64,000 nt of DNA. Source: a virus. Position numbers and translations under genes: made by a program. The notes beneath the pieces are model-generated. The model searched no databases. It worked only from the letters and a program-made list of their open reading frames with translations, and was not told where the DNA came from. The first letter of the stretch is position 1; each line of letters opens with the position of its first letter. Shown one piece after another: positions 1 through 9,261 of the stretch. Location of the stretch: IMG/VR virus record IMGVR_UViG_3300045988_164340, positions 96,001 through 160,000 of that record. One strand, 5' to 3'.

Positions 1-2
1 CA

Positions 3-680
3 GATGGTTCTGGTTCTATGTGCGCTACTGTTGGTCGTACTCGTATGACTGCACTTGAAGTAGCTAATTCTCTCGCAATTTACTTTGCCGAGCGTGCTAA
101 GGGCGCATACAAGGGTCGTTACATTACTTTCTCTTCCCGTCCTCAGATGGTTAATGTTAATCATGACTCTTTGCGTGCAAACCTTGCCGAAGCTGCCCGT
201 CATAGCGAGGTTTCTAATACCAACCTTGAAGCAGTGTTTGACCTGATTCTTGATACCGCAATTAAGAACCATTCTCCCCAGAGTGATTTGCCCAAGAATA
301 TTCTGATTATCAGTGATGGTGGTTGGGATTCTATGGTAAATATTCGTAATGTTAGCACTGGCAGTGGTTATAGTTATTGGGGCTATAACAGCACTCGTGC
401 TACTGCTAAGGAAGCTCCTGCTTTCCTTAAGTCCATTGAGCAGAAGTATAAGAACGCTGGATATGAGATGCCTATGATTATCTACTGGAATACTACGGGA
501 AATGGTAACACAAATAACGGTCTTCCTATGACCAAGAATGATTATGGTATTATGGTTAGTGGTTTCAGTGTAAATACGCTTAAGATGGTAATGTCTGGTA
601 AAACTAATCCTTGGGATGCGCTTATGGATGTTCTTCTGACTAAGCGTTATGACGCTGTTGAGACTAAGGCTTTTGCCTAA
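3..680 (+). CDS. vWA-domain protein, DUF2828/TROVE-like; 5' end outside window
   Basis: Frame open to window edge; nt 3-20 read DGSGSM (MIDAS DxSxS motif); TAA 678-680 followed by terminator. Confidence 0.6.
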   Translation, partial: DGSGSMCATVGRTRMTALEVANSLAIYFAERAKGAYKGRYITFSSRPQMVNVNHDSLRANLAEAARHSEVSNTNLEAVFDLILDTAIKNHSPQSDLPKNILIISDGGWDSMVNIRNVSTGSGYSYWGYNSTRATAKEAPAFLKSIEQKYKNAGYEMPMIIYWNTTGNGNTNNGLPMTKNDYGIMVSGFSVNTLKMVMSGKTNPWDALMDVLLTKRYDAVETKAFA

Positions 681-695
681 GTTAAAAATAAATTA

Positions 696-725
696 AGAGA
701 GGGGTAATTCCCTCTCTTTTTTTTA
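696..725 (+). terminator. intrinsic terminator
   Basis: agagagggg / tccctctct hairpin followed by T8. Confidence 0.75.
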
Positions 726-735
726 TTGTTTTCTA

Positions 736-764
736 TTGACAAGAAAGGAAAATTGTGTTATTCT
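736..764 (+). promoter_or_regulatory. sigma70-type promoter
   Basis: TTGACA 736-741, 17 nt, TATTCT 759-764, TGTG just upstream of -10. Confidence 0.6.
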
Positions 765-806
765 TTATATACAATCACAATTATATTAAGTGAAAGGTGT
801 ATTATT

Positions 807-1049
807 ATGGGCTATTTTCGTAATTTAACTAATGCAGAACTTTGGTCGGCTTGTTCAGAGCTAAAAGAGATTGAAAAAAAGAATCCTCCAAAAAACAAAG
901 AGAATTGGCCTATTAAGTACGGAAGCTATTTTTCTAAGGCAGTAGATTATTATGACCATTTCGTATCTATGCCAGTTACAGTAGCAGTAAGCGAACTTAA
1001 ATTTGAGGTAGAAAGACGAGGTATTATTAATGACTGTAAAAGAGTATAA
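807..1049 (+). CDS. hypothetical protein
   Basis: ATG 807 after GAAAGGTG SD; the track start at 726 lies inside the promoter. Confidence 0.6.
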   Translation: MGYFRNLTNAELWSACSELKEIEKKNPPKNKENWPIKYGSYFSKAVDYYDHFVSMPVTVAVSELKFEVERRGIINDCKRV

Positions 1050-1458
1050 TGAATGGCGTAAAGAGTTTGGTCGCGTTCAAGTTTTACTTTATGCTTTTCC
1101 AAATGTTTTAAAGAAAATTGGCAATGAAGATTTAATCAAAGAGCTTAAGATTTTAGGTTATGATGAGCATACTCTTGACTTTCTTAATTCAGCCATGGAT
1201 GCTTTAGAGAAAGCTGAAAAAGAAGAACTTATGAAAGATATGAATGTTCAACCTGACCCAAATACTACTACTCCTAAGAAAGCACCTGTTGCACCTGAAG
1301 AGCCTAAAAATCCTTCTATTTCTAATTATCATATTCAACCTTTTTATTGTGATAAGTGTATTCATAGTTGGGGCGTAGATTGTTTTAGAGACCCTGTAAA
1401 TGATATACCTTGTCCTAATTATAGAAGAGACCCGCCCGATGGAGGTTTTTACGGATAA
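1030..1458 (+). CDS. hypothetical protein, Cys-rich C-terminus
   Basis: Track ORF, GAGG upstream, tiles with neighbours. Confidence 0.6.
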   Translation: MTVKEYNEWRKEFGRVQVLLYAFPNVLKKIGNEDLIKELKILGYDEHTLDFLNSAMDALEKAEKEELMKDMNVQPDPNTTTPKKAPVAPEEPKNPSISNYHIQPFYCDKCIHSWGVDCFRDPVNDIPCPNYRRDPPDGGFYG

Positions 1459-2399
1459 TGAGAGTTTTATCTTTGTTTGATGGTATTTGTTGCGGTCATC
1501 TTGCACTTGAGAGAGCTGGAATTAAGATTGATTCTTATGATGCTTATGAAATTGAAAAGAATGCAATTAAAGCCACAGAAACAAATTTCCCTGATGTAGT
1601 TCAGCATGGAGATGTAACCATAGAAGATTTTACCAAATACAAAGGTAAAATTGATTTACTTATTGGGGGTTCTCCTTGTACAAATTTGAGCATGGCTGGT
1701 AATGGTCAAGGATTAAAAGGTTCTCAAAGTAAATTGTTTTATGAATATGCTCGTGCAATAAAAGAAGCCCAACCAAAATATTTTTTGCTTGAAAATGTAA
1801 TTATGAAAAAAGAATGGGAAGATATTATTACAAATATTCTTGGAGTAGAACCCATTGAGATTAATTCTTCTTTTGTTTCAGCACAGAACAGACGTAGACT
1901 TTATTGGACTAATATTCCTAACGTAACACTTCCCGAAGATAAAAACATTACTCTGGAAGATATTCTTGAAGATATTGAATTTTCTAATCCTGCGGCGATT
2001 AGAGGTCGTAGATTAAATAAAGCCACTATTGTTGGTCGCAGATTAGATAAAAATGGCCATAGAAAAGATACGGATAAAACAATTCCTATTACACAATGTC
2101 TTGAAGTCCGCGCTACAAACACAGACAAATCAAATTGTCTCACTACTGTAGACAAGGATAATGTTCTTACGCCACTTCCTATTGGTAGACATCCAGATGC
2201 TTTTAAAAATAATTTACCTTTTAGATATTACACTACAAAAGAAATGTGTCGTTTACAGACTGTTCCTGATGATTTTCTTAATATGATTCCAGATAGTGCA
2301 GCAAGAAAGGCATTAGGTAATGGATGGACAGTAGATGTAATTGCTCATATCTTTAATTTTCTTCCAGATGAATATAAGATTCCAGAGGTAGACACATGA
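1458..2399 (+). CDS. DNA (cytosine-5)-methyltransferase
   Basis: Motif I LSLFDGICCG, motif IV GGSPCTNLS, motif VI LLENV, motif VIII QNRRRLYW, motif X GNGWTV. Confidence 0.9.
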   Translation: MRVLSLFDGICCGHLALERAGIKIDSYDAYEIEKNAIKATETNFPDVVQHGDVTIEDFTKYKGKIDLLIGGSPCTNLSMAGNGQGLKGSQSKLFYEYARAIKEAQPKYFLLENVIMKKEWEDIITNILGVEPIEINSSFVSAQNRRRLYWTNIPNVTLPEDKNITLEDILEDIEFSNPAAIRGRRLNKATIVGRRLDKNGHRKDTDKTIPITQCLEVRATNTDKSNCLTTVDKDNVLTPLPIGRHPDAFKNNLPFRYYTTKEMCRLQTVPDDFLNMIPDSAARKALGNGWTVDVIAHIFNFLPDEYKIPEVDT

Positions 2400-2587
2400 A
2401 ATTTATTGTAACTGAATTACCCGCTTATTGCGGAGATTGCGTTTTTTGTTCTGATTTTTATTATGATGTGTGTAACATTAGTAAAAGGGATTGCCCATTA
2501 TCAAGATTAGAAGACTGTCCTTATCTTGTAACTATAAACGAATATTTAGCTTCTAATAATGGTGAAAAAGGATTGGAGAATAATTAA
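2396..2587 (+). CDS. small Cys-rich protein
   Basis: Track ORF overlapping upstream stop (ATGA); several Cys pairs. Confidence 0.55.
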   Translation: MKFIVTELPAYCGDCVFCSDFYYDVCNISKRDCPLSRLEDCPYLVTINEYLASNNGEKGLENN

Positions 2588-2953
2588 ATGAGCTACGATA
2601 TTAGTTATAGAGTCCAATGTAAAGATGACCCCAAACTTTGGGCTGATGTTGGAAACTGTGAAGCAAATACAACTTGGAATTTGCGTGAAATGATTCGAAA
2701 GTCAACAGGCTTAGAATGGAAAAATGAAGAAGATAACGGTCTTGTAAAAGATGTTATTCCTTTTATCATTCATGGTTTAGAAGAGCTTGAAAGATTCCCA
2801 AATAAGTATAAACAGTACGAATCTCCTAACGGTTGGGGTACAATTAGCGGATGTAAAAATTTCTTTACTCGATGTATTTTAGATTGGACTACTTTTACAG
2901 AAGATAGTTGGACTTCTCCATATAAAGACATCGTACATTTTTGGATTGTATGA
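2588..2953 (+). CDS. hypothetical protein
   Basis: Track ORF, GGAG upstream. Confidence 0.6.
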   Translation: MSYDISYRVQCKDDPKLWADVGNCEANTTWNLREMIRKSTGLEWKNEEDNGLVKDVIPFIIHGLEELERFPNKYKQYESPNGWGTISGCKNFFTRCILDWTTFTEDSWTSPYKDIVHFWIV

Positions 2954-3150
2954 AATCAAATCGACATTTAGTAAATCTAAATTTGGCAAATTGTTTATTT
3001 TATTTATATTATTTTATTTTAATTGGAATAGCAGGATTAGATAATTCAACTGGAGAAATATTAACTCCTTTTTGTTTATTTATAAGTGGTTGTTTATTTA
3101 TGATTGCTGTTCATTTTTTCAAACTTTATTTAAAGGACAAAGAAAAATGA
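2941..3150 (+). CDS. small membrane protein
   Basis: Track ORF; two hydrophobic segments. Confidence 0.5.
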   Translation: MDCMKSNRHLVNLNLANCLFYLYYFILIGIAGLDNSTGEILTPFCLFISGCLFMIAVHFFKLYLKDKEK

Positions 3151-3374
3151 CGATTGAAAGACTAAGAGATATTCTCAATGATATAGCAAATGGTGCAAAT
3201 TGGGAATTATACAAAAACTCATTAGTAGTAATTAGCGTAGAAGATTCTAGAAACACTGTGGGAAGTAGACCTTATACAAAAGTTCGCTCAGTAGGCATGG
3301 GCTTTGATTGGGAAACAGGTCAATTTAGAATTGAACCTGAAAATAAATTAATGGAGGTTAGTAAAAGAAAATGA
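3147..3374 (+). CDS. hypothetical protein
   Basis: Internal ATG 3147 (MTIERLRD) overlaps upstream stop; track start 3072 would overlap the previous gene. Confidence 0.55.
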   Translation: MTIERLRDILNDIANGANWELYKNSLVVISVEDSRNTVGSRPYTKVRSVGMGFDWETGQFRIEPENKLMEVSKRK

Positions 3375-3622
3375 ACACTACTCAAGTTGCTTTGTGCATC
3401 ATTCTTGCTATCGGAGTTTTAACAATTTTCTTTTTAGCAGGAACTATTATTGGTGGTATCCACGCTTATTCAAAAGCTTTTGCAGAAGCCGAAGAAACCC
3501 ATAAAAATTTAGATGAGGCTAAAGAAAGTCTTATCAAATCTTTAGAAGATAAAGCAGAAGCACAAAAAGAACTTATTAAATCCTATGAAGAGCTGGTAAA
3601 AACTCTTCAAGAAAAAAAATAA
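3371..3622 (+). CDS. membrane-anchored coiled-coil protein
   Basis: N-terminal TM segment then K/E-rich helix; ATGA overlap with upstream gene. Confidence 0.6.
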   Translation: MNTTQVALCIILAIGVLTIFFLAGTIIGGIHAYSKAFAEAEETHKNLDEAKESLIKSLEDKAEAQKELIKSYEELVKTLQEKK

Positions 3623-3629
3623 TAAACCC

Positions 3630-3658
3630 TTGACAGGAAACTAATCTTATGGTATATT
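3630..3658 (+). promoter_or_regulatory. sigma70-type promoter of large ncRNA
   Basis: TTGACA 3630-3635, 17 nt, TATATT 3653-3658. Confidence 0.7.
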
Positions 3659-3664
3659 AAGATT

Positions 3665-4248
3665 GTCCCAAGGGAAAGGATGAAAAAAGTGCGGAAAGGA
3701 TTCCCACTGATTTGTACTACACAGGCCTGATAGACAAATCACGTTTTTACCTGTAAGACATACAATTGAATATTCAATAATAGCTGAGATGCAATGACTT
3801 CGAAAGAAGCACCCTTCATAGGAATAGGAACTATGAAGATACTAAGAGCGGCAAGCTCTCCATTTGAAAGTTAATGGTGGAAATTCTTGCAAGAATCACG
3901 AAATCCTACCTTCCGAATTCTTGCTCGGTAGTGTAGGTTGATTGCTAACTAAAGATGTTGGACAAAGAGCGTCGCATTTCTTTAAATGCTAGGACCGGAG
4001 GCTCATAGTGAGGTGAACGTTGTCTATTCCTCACCTTTAATAAGAATCCGATGGGGGTCGGAGCGCTTATTATCGTATTTGAATAACCTACGGGTAGGTT
4101 GTTCGCAGTTTTACAGAAGACTTATAAACACTTGTCCGTCGAAATGGGTAGACGCCAGAGGAAAAAGTCTCAATGAGTGTAGGAAGTAATATAACGGGGA
4201 ATAACTTCTAAGTCTTCACAATTTATTGAATTAGCTAATTTAATAAAA
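3665..4248 (+). ncRNA. large structured non-coding RNA, class unknown (ROOL/GOLLD-like size)
   Basis: About 580 nt between consensus promoter and terminator; no credible ORF or SD; visibly G+C-richer than flanks; hairpins 3814-3838, 3845-3859, 3883-3896, 4008-4034, 4085-4100. Confidence 0.6.
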
Positions 4249-4293
4249 GGTCTCATAATTAATTTAATATTGATTATGAGACTATTATTTTTA
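4249..4293 (+). terminator. intrinsic terminator
   Basis: ggtctcataat / attatgagac stem then tattattttt. Confidence 0.65.
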
Positions 4294-4308
4294 TAATAGA
4301 GGTGTAAC

Positions 4309-4794
4309 ATGGAAAATTTCTGGAAGACATCACTGGAAAATAAGAAGAAAGAACTATCTGAGATTAACAAGGATTTAAATAATCTCACAAGAAAATCTTA
4401 TGATGAATATATTATGAAAGAACTCGCTCCAAAGCTGATTGGGAATTGTTATATTCATCGAGGACATTATATTATGATTGTTCAACCTCCCAAATTGTTA
4501 GAAGGAAGATGTGAGGTTAATTATTCTTCTTCATGGGGTTGTATTGAGATTAACAATTTTGAAGATGAAACACCTTATGGTTGTTATACAGATTCAGAAA
4601 TTGATGTAGCTCCTTATTATAATGAAGACATTGATTTGTTTTTCCTTTTAAATTATCCGAAAAATTTTGACCATTTTCAACCTATTTCTCGTAACGAATT
4701 TAATGCAAGAATGGATGAAGCGGTTAGGAAATCTAGGGAACTAATTGAAAAAATGGAGAAAAATATTACTCCTCGCAAATTTTATAGGTTTTAA
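4309..4794 (+). CDS. hypothetical protein
   Basis: Track ORF, GAGGTG SD. Confidence 0.65.
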   Translation: MENFWKTSLENKKKELSEINKDLNNLTRKSYDEYIMKELAPKLIGNCYIHRGHYIMIVQPPKLLEGRCEVNYSSSWGCIEINNFEDETPYGCYTDSEIDVAPYYNEDIDLFFLLNYPKNFDHFQPISRNEFNARMDEAVRKSRELIEKMEKNITPRKFYRF

Positions 4795-4810
4795 GAAAGG
4801 GGAATAAAAT

Positions 4811-5824
4811 ATGTTTTTTAAGAAGCCCGAAAAAAAGGTTGTTCTCGAATATGAATCTTACCCTGCATCTGGTGTAGATTTTGAAGAATCTTCCAGTGAA
4901 TCTTACACAAATAATCTTCCTAACCATACAATTATCGACAATCATACTTGGGAATATGAAAAAATGGAAGATGTTCCTTTTCCTATTGGAGAAGATTGGG
5001 AATGGATTGATTGTTACAAAGCTCTTTATAAGACCTATTACCTTTCTAATGACAAAGTAGAATATGTAGGTCCCAATCAAAACTTTGTATACGAACTTAA
5101 CAGAGTCTATTCCTTACCAGAAGAAGGAGAATTTGGCAAAATTGATTACTGTGGTAATGGTTTTCATGCTTGTTTAACTGTAAAAGATGCTTTAACTTGG
5201 TATAATTACATTTCTTATGATACATTTGCTATTGATAGTTATAACTATGGGGTTGCTGTTAAACTAGTTGTTGTTGCTAAAGCAAAACTTTTAGTTAACA
5301 AAAAAGATTTGGCAAATTGCTATGGTAAAACCAAACTTGACGATGGTAAAGTTGTAGGAAAAGCTATTATCTTAACTGGTTTTGTTAATCCAAAAGAAGT
5401 TTATGATAACCGAAAAGAAGACAGATGTTGGAGCATTGGCGTTCTTAATGGTTACGCTTATGATTATTTAAAAGCCATCTGCAAAAAAGAAGGCATCAAT
5501 CTTAATGTTTTAAAGAAGTTAATCGAAAAGCTTGAAATTACTTGTCCCTACTATGAGAAAATGCTTGGCTTTATTGATGATAAAAATATCTCTACAATGG
5601 CTTATGTTAAGGCTATGTTAGATGCCTACCGTATTAATAGCAAAGAAATTTATCAATGCTTAAATATGAATTACGGCAAAGTATTGACGGAAGAAATCGT
5701 AAACAACCTTGACTATCAATTTGCAATGCGTTTGGCTGATAATGATGATGCTTATAACAGAAGTTTATCTGTAGCAGAAAAGATGCAGATTCTTTATTCT
5801 CATCAGATGCTTTCTAAAAAATAA
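4811..5824 (+). CDS. hypothetical protein
   Basis: Track ORF, AAGGGG SD. Confidence 0.65.
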   Translation: MFFKKPEKKVVLEYESYPASGVDFEESSSESYTNNLPNHTIIDNHTWEYEKMEDVPFPIGEDWEWIDCYKALYKTYYLSNDKVEYVGPNQNFVYELNRVYSLPEEGEFGKIDYCGNGFHACLTVKDALTWYNYISYDTFAIDSYNYGVAVKLVVVAKAKLLVNKKDLANCYGKTKLDDGKVVGKAIILTGFVNPKEVYDNRKEDRCWSIGVLNGYAYDYLKAICKKEGINLNVLKKLIEKLEITCPYYEKMLGFIDDKNISTMAYVKAMLDAYRINSKEIYQCLNMNYGKVLTEEIVNNLDYQFAMRLADNDDAYNRSLSVAEKMQILYSHQMLSKK

Positions 5825-5836
5825 ATTAATAAGTAG

Positions 5837-5865
5837 TTGACAAACTCGAAAGAGTATGCTAATAT
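5837..5865 (+). promoter_or_regulatory. sigma70-type promoter
   Basis: TTGACA 5837-5842, 17 nt, TAATAT 5860-5865. Confidence 0.65.
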
Positions 5866-5871
5866 AATAAT

Positions 5872-5997
5872 AAGAACTGTGGTACAATTTACCTCCTTAT
5901 AATAGACTGGATTTGCTAATAAGGCCACCTCCTTTTTCGTATTTTGTTCATGTTTGTTTCCTCCAAAAACAAATTTTGTACCACAGTTCTTTTTTAT
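5872..5997 (+). ncRNA. about 125-nt hairpin RNA or leader with three CCUCC motifs
   Basis: 14-bp closing stem gaactgtggtacaa / ttgtaccacagttc plus T-run; CCTCC at 5892, 5929 and 5960, the last in a hairpin loop. Confidence 0.5.
5889..5951 (-). CDS. possible 20-residue basic micro-ORF with in-frame TAG (MNKIRKRRWPY*QIQSIIRR)
   Basis: GGAGG, 8 nt, ATG on minus strand inside the hairpin RNA; no minus-strand promoter seen. Confidence 0.25.
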
Positions 5998-6019
5998 TCC
6001 TTTGCAAAGGAGCTTACCA

Positions 6020-6244
6020 ATGAGATTGAATGATGTATCTCTAATAGGTTTTGCTCTTTATCTTTTATGTGGGCTTGCAGTAACATATAATGTTTATAAT
6101 TGTCCTGCTAATAAAAATGATAAAGAAGTAACCTTGTTGCATTATTTAACTTTGATTTTTTGTTGGCCTATTGCTCTTGTTATGGCAGCAATTTATTGGT
6201 TTAAGATTCAAAGTGAAATAAGAAAACAAAAGAAAATTAAATAA
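6020..6244 (+). CDS. small membrane protein
   Basis: ATG 6020 after AAAGGAG; two TM segments. Confidence 0.6.
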   Translation: MRLNDVSLIGFALYLLCGLAVTYNVYNCPANKNDKEVTLLHYLTLIFCWPIALVMAAIYWFKIQSEIRKQKKIK

Positions 6245-6249
6245 AGCTC

Positions 6250-6278
6250 TTGACAACAGACTCTTTTTGGTTTATACT
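6250..6278 (+). promoter_or_regulatory. sigma70-type promoter
   Basis: TTGACA, 17 nt, TATACT 6273-6278. Confidence 0.7.
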
Positions 6279-6315
6279 ATTGATAGTAAATTAGACTGAA
6301 AGGAGTCTTTTCTAT

Positions 6316-7128
6316 ATGTGTAAATGGTGTGAGAATTACAGATTCACTATTAACGCTACAAGTAAAAAGAATCTTATTGACCATGACGATTTTTATGTTC
6401 CTGCTAATTATTGCCCTGTATGTGGAAAGTTGTTGAACGAAAATCTCAAAAAGGACAATGATTCAAACAAGCGCTATATTATTCATATTAAGCCTAACGT
6501 AACAGGATTGGGAGTTCCTGTAAATGGACAAAACTATTATTATGCTGCGGAAGGTTTGACCCGCAAAGAAGTCATTTTTGAAACAAAAAATGAAGCTCGT
6601 TCTTTTAAAACTTATTTTGAAGCAAAATGCACGGCTGATTGGTTCTTCAAAGAAGAAGATTATGAAATTGAAGAAATTACAGTCCGAAAGCCTCTAAAAA
6701 AAGAGACAGAAACAAAAACAGAAGAGCAAGTTTATATTGCTAAAATTAATTCTGAGTTTGTTAAAGGTTCTAATCCCGAAGAGTGCTATTATAAAGGAAT
6801 GAGTACTTTTGGAGATACGCCACTTGTTACAGATAAAGATGGAGCTAAATATTTCACTTCTATTAAAGCTCTCAAGAAAGAACTGAATTGGTTTTATAAT
6901 CCAGAAGATTATGAGATTTTTACTACAACTCGTGTTGTTGTAGAAATGCCTGTTAAAGAAGCTAAGGCAAAACTTCCTCGTTTTACAAAAGAAGATTTTT
7001 ATCTTCGTTCTGATTCTGGTAGTGTAATTAGTACAATTTACGATAGAAACACGAACAAAAAATACGAATTCTCTTCTAAGACAATTGATAAGTTTAATCA
7101 AATCATAGATAAACTTAACAGTCTATAA
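6316..7128 (+). CDS. hypothetical protein with N-terminal zinc ribbon
   Basis: CKWC...CPVC; AAAGGAG SD. Confidence 0.65.
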   Translation: MCKWCENYRFTINATSKKNLIDHDDFYVPANYCPVCGKLLNENLKKDNDSNKRYIIHIKPNVTGLGVPVNGQNYYYAAEGLTRKEVIFETKNEARSFKTYFEAKCTADWFFKEEDYEIEEITVRKPLKKETETKTEEQVYIAKINSEFVKGSNPEECYYKGMSTFGDTPLVTDKDGAKYFTSIKALKKELNWFYNPEDYEIFTTTRVVVEMPVKEAKAKLPRFTKEDFYLRSDSGSVISTIYDRNTNKKYEFSSKTIDKFNQIIDKLNSL

Positions 7129-7154
7129 TTAAAACAAAGTAAAGGAATGATAAT

Positions 7155-7649
7155 ATGATTAGTCCGACTTATGGACGAGTAAATATGAGACAAATAGCCA
7201 AAATTATTTTTGACTATATTAGAGAACGTACAGATGTAGCAGAACATAATCATATTGTCATTGGTACTGATAGTCAAAATCACAAAGATGAAACAAAAGC
7301 CGTCATTGTCATTGCTGTCTATACCGATGGCAAAGGTGGTAAGTTCTTCTATGAGATTCAAAAACTACCCATTATCTTAAATTTGAAGGTTAAAATTCAC
7401 AAAGAAACTGAATTAAGCATTGCTTATGCTGACCAGTTAATTGATGAATTAGCAACTTTGTCCATTCAAGAAAATTTTGACTATGAAAAGTATACTAGCA
7501 TTGGGATTCATGTAGATGCTGGATATGCTGGACCAAGTGGTCAAGTAATTCCAGAAATTGTTGGGTGGTTGAAAGGTGCTGGTTACGAACCAACTGTTAA
7601 ACCAGATAGTTTTGTAGCAAGTACGATTGCAGATAGGATTAGTAAATGA
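7155..7649 (+). CDS. RNase H-like YkuK/DUF458 family protein (tentative)
   Basis: IGTDSQ motif followed by VIVIAVY...GKG strand pattern recalled for DUF458. Confidence 0.45.
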   Translation: MISPTYGRVNMRQIAKIIFDYIRERTDVAEHNHIVIGTDSQNHKDETKAVIVIAVYTDGKGGKFFYEIQKLPIILNLKVKIHKETELSIAYADQLIDELATLSIQENFDYEKYTSIGIHVDAGYAGPSGQVIPEIVGWLKGAGYEPTVKPDSFVASTIADRISK

Positions 7650-7948
7650 AAAATTCAAAAGATTTTTATTCTAATTGTTTACTTGAAGCTATTAAAGCTA
7701 AAATAAAAAATCCTAAAATTAAAATAATGTATCTTCCTGCTTTTTTGAATGAAGTTCCTTGCCCACATTGGATGTGGCTTGATGAAGAAGGAGAGCATGA
7801 TTTTCATTACAAGGGATGCTTACCTTGGTATAAATGGATTTGGCATAAAGGCTGTATCCGTACAGTCCATCGAGGATGCTACAAAGGCTGTATCAGCCAG
7901 ATGATTGAGAAGAAATACTACAAAGGAGAAAAACAAGATGGCAACTAA
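7646..7948 (+). CDS. hypothetical Cys/His/Trp-rich protein
   Basis: Track ORF, ATGA overlap. Confidence 0.55.
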   Translation: MKNSKDFYSNCLLEAIKAKIKNPKIKIMYLPAFLNEVPCPHWMWLDEEGEHDFHYKGCLPWYKWIWHKGCIRTVHRGCYKGCISQMIEKKYYKGEKQDGN

Positions 7949-8123
7949 ATGTTTTTGTGATAGATGTGGAATGCCTATTTCAAATCTTTTCAATATGAAG
8001 GTTTTGAAAATTAAAAGACATTTTGAACGTGGCGGCGAAATTTGGGATGATTATCAATCTTATGATTTATGTAGTAATTGTTTAAAGAATGTGGAAGAAT
8101 TTCTTCAAAAAAGCAATTCTTAA
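7938..8123 (+). CDS. small zinc-ribbon protein
   Basis: ATG 7938 after AAAGGAG; CDRCG...CSNC. Confidence 0.55.
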   Translation: MATKCFCDRCGMPISNLFNMKVLKIKRHFERGGEIWDDYQSYDLCSNCLKNVEEFLQKSNS

Positions 8124-8138
8124 AAATACTTTCGAATA

Positions 8139-8456
8139 ATGGAAAAAGAAGCCATGGAAAATTTTAAAAATAAACTTCTTGGTTTTTGGTATTATATTAA
8201 ATTCTATTATATTCATCCTAATAAACCTTATATGGATAAATTAAAGCGAGCAAGCGAAGTAATGAAAGCAAGTCCTTATTCATATAAGCAGTGGGCTGAA
8301 TTTTTAAATAGGTCAGAAAAAGATGTAAGAAAGATTTTTCATAAGAGATTTTTCTTAACATGGAGAGATTACCAAATTATTGCAAATAAAACTAATACTA
8401 CAGTAGCATATTTAATGCAAGGGACTACTGCTAGTGTATATATTAAAAGGAGTTAA
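8139..8456 (+). CDS. hypothetical protein
   Basis: Track ORF. Confidence 0.5.
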   Translation: MEKEAMENFKNKLLGFWYYIKFYYIHPNKPYMDKLKRASEVMKASPYSYKQWAEFLNRSEKDVRKIFHKRFFLTWRDYQIIANKTNTTVAYLMQGTTASVYIKRS

Positions 8457-8462
8457 TTTAAA

Positions 8463-8843
8463 GTGAATTTGAAGAAAAGCTATACTTATTATATTGTATA
8501 TATGGGCTTGAAACCCGAAGCAACTATTACAACTTATGGTAACGAAGAACGCACTCTTGATAAAGAAATTGACAGCATGGATGATATTGTTGCAATTCAA
8601 ACAAAGCTCAATGAAGAATACGGCTTTGCTGATTGCGTAATTATGTTTTATAAACTCCTTAGAACTTCTTACAACACTGTTCAGAATAATCCTAATGGTA
8701 TAGCTAATATGATGAGCGCTATGGCAGGAATGATGGGTAATGGACTTCCTCAGACTGCTACAGAAGTTTCTGCTGATGAAGTAAAGGATGAAGAAAATGT
8801 CGAAGAAACAAAGGAAGAAGATAAAGCAAGCAAAATTCAGTGA
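8463..8843 (+). CDS. hypothetical protein
   Basis: GTG start after AAAGGAG. Confidence 0.5.
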   Translation: MNLKKSYTYYIVYMGLKPEATITTYGNEERTLDKEIDSMDDIVAIQTKLNEEYGFADCVIMFYKLLRTSYNTVQNNPNGIANMMSAMAGMMGNGLPQTATEVSADEVKDEENVEETKEEDKASKIQ

Positions 8844-9186
8844 TTATCAATATAATGATAACGACCCTCGTTTTAAAGTTCTATTCCGTAATGGAGATTG
8901 GCTTGTAATTAAATTTATCAATGACGGAGCTTTTTATTCTTGTTGTTTAAACTGTAGAGAATATCTTCATGCTACCTCTATTTTGGACAACTTGGAATTT
9001 ATTACAAGATACTCTCCTGAAAGAGAATTTACTTATTGCCCATTATACGGAAGTAAAAATCTCAAAAATAAAAAATCGGCGAAAAAGAAAAATTATTCTT
9101 ATCTAATTGAAGAAAAAGCTATTCAATGGAAAGATTTACCAGAAGAATTAAAGTTGTATCCTTACAAAATTGGTAAGAAAACTTAA
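8797..9186 (+). CDS. hypothetical Cys-containing protein
   Basis: ATG 8797 has better SD spacing than the track start 8788. Confidence 0.5.
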   Translation: MSKKQRKKIKQAKFSDYQYNDNDPRFKVLFRNGDWLVIKFINDGAFYSCCLNCREYLHATSILDNLEFITRYSPEREFTYCPLYGSKNLKNKKSAKKKNYSYLIEEKAIQWKDLPEELKLYPYKIGKKT

Positions 9187-9193
9187 TAACCAC

Positions 9194-9222
9194 TTGACAA
9201 CTCTCTTTGCTTGTAGTATTAT
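9194..9222 (+). promoter_or_regulatory. sigma70-type promoter
   Basis: TTGACA, 17 nt, TATTAT. Confidence 0.7.
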
Positions 9223-9261
9223 ATAAATACAAATTGAAAAAGTAAGGAGAGTTGTTTAACT

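Noticed and set aside
1204-1506. Many antisense track ORFs (for example 1204-1506, 6694-7101, 9430-9786, 17398-17790, 26207-26758, 28567-28971, 40281-40721, 44824-45330, 48595-49209)
   Set aside because: Each overlaps a longer same-block ORF that has an SD and tiles with its neighbours. Their compositions (I/F/L/N/K/R-rich) are those of reverse frames of AT-rich coding DNA.
3986-4388. Track ORFs 3986-4189 (+) and 4170-4388 (-) inside or next to the large ncRNA
   Set aside because: They lack an SD and sit within a helix-dense segment between a promoter and a terminator. The minus-strand ORF runs through the terminator and the next gene's start.
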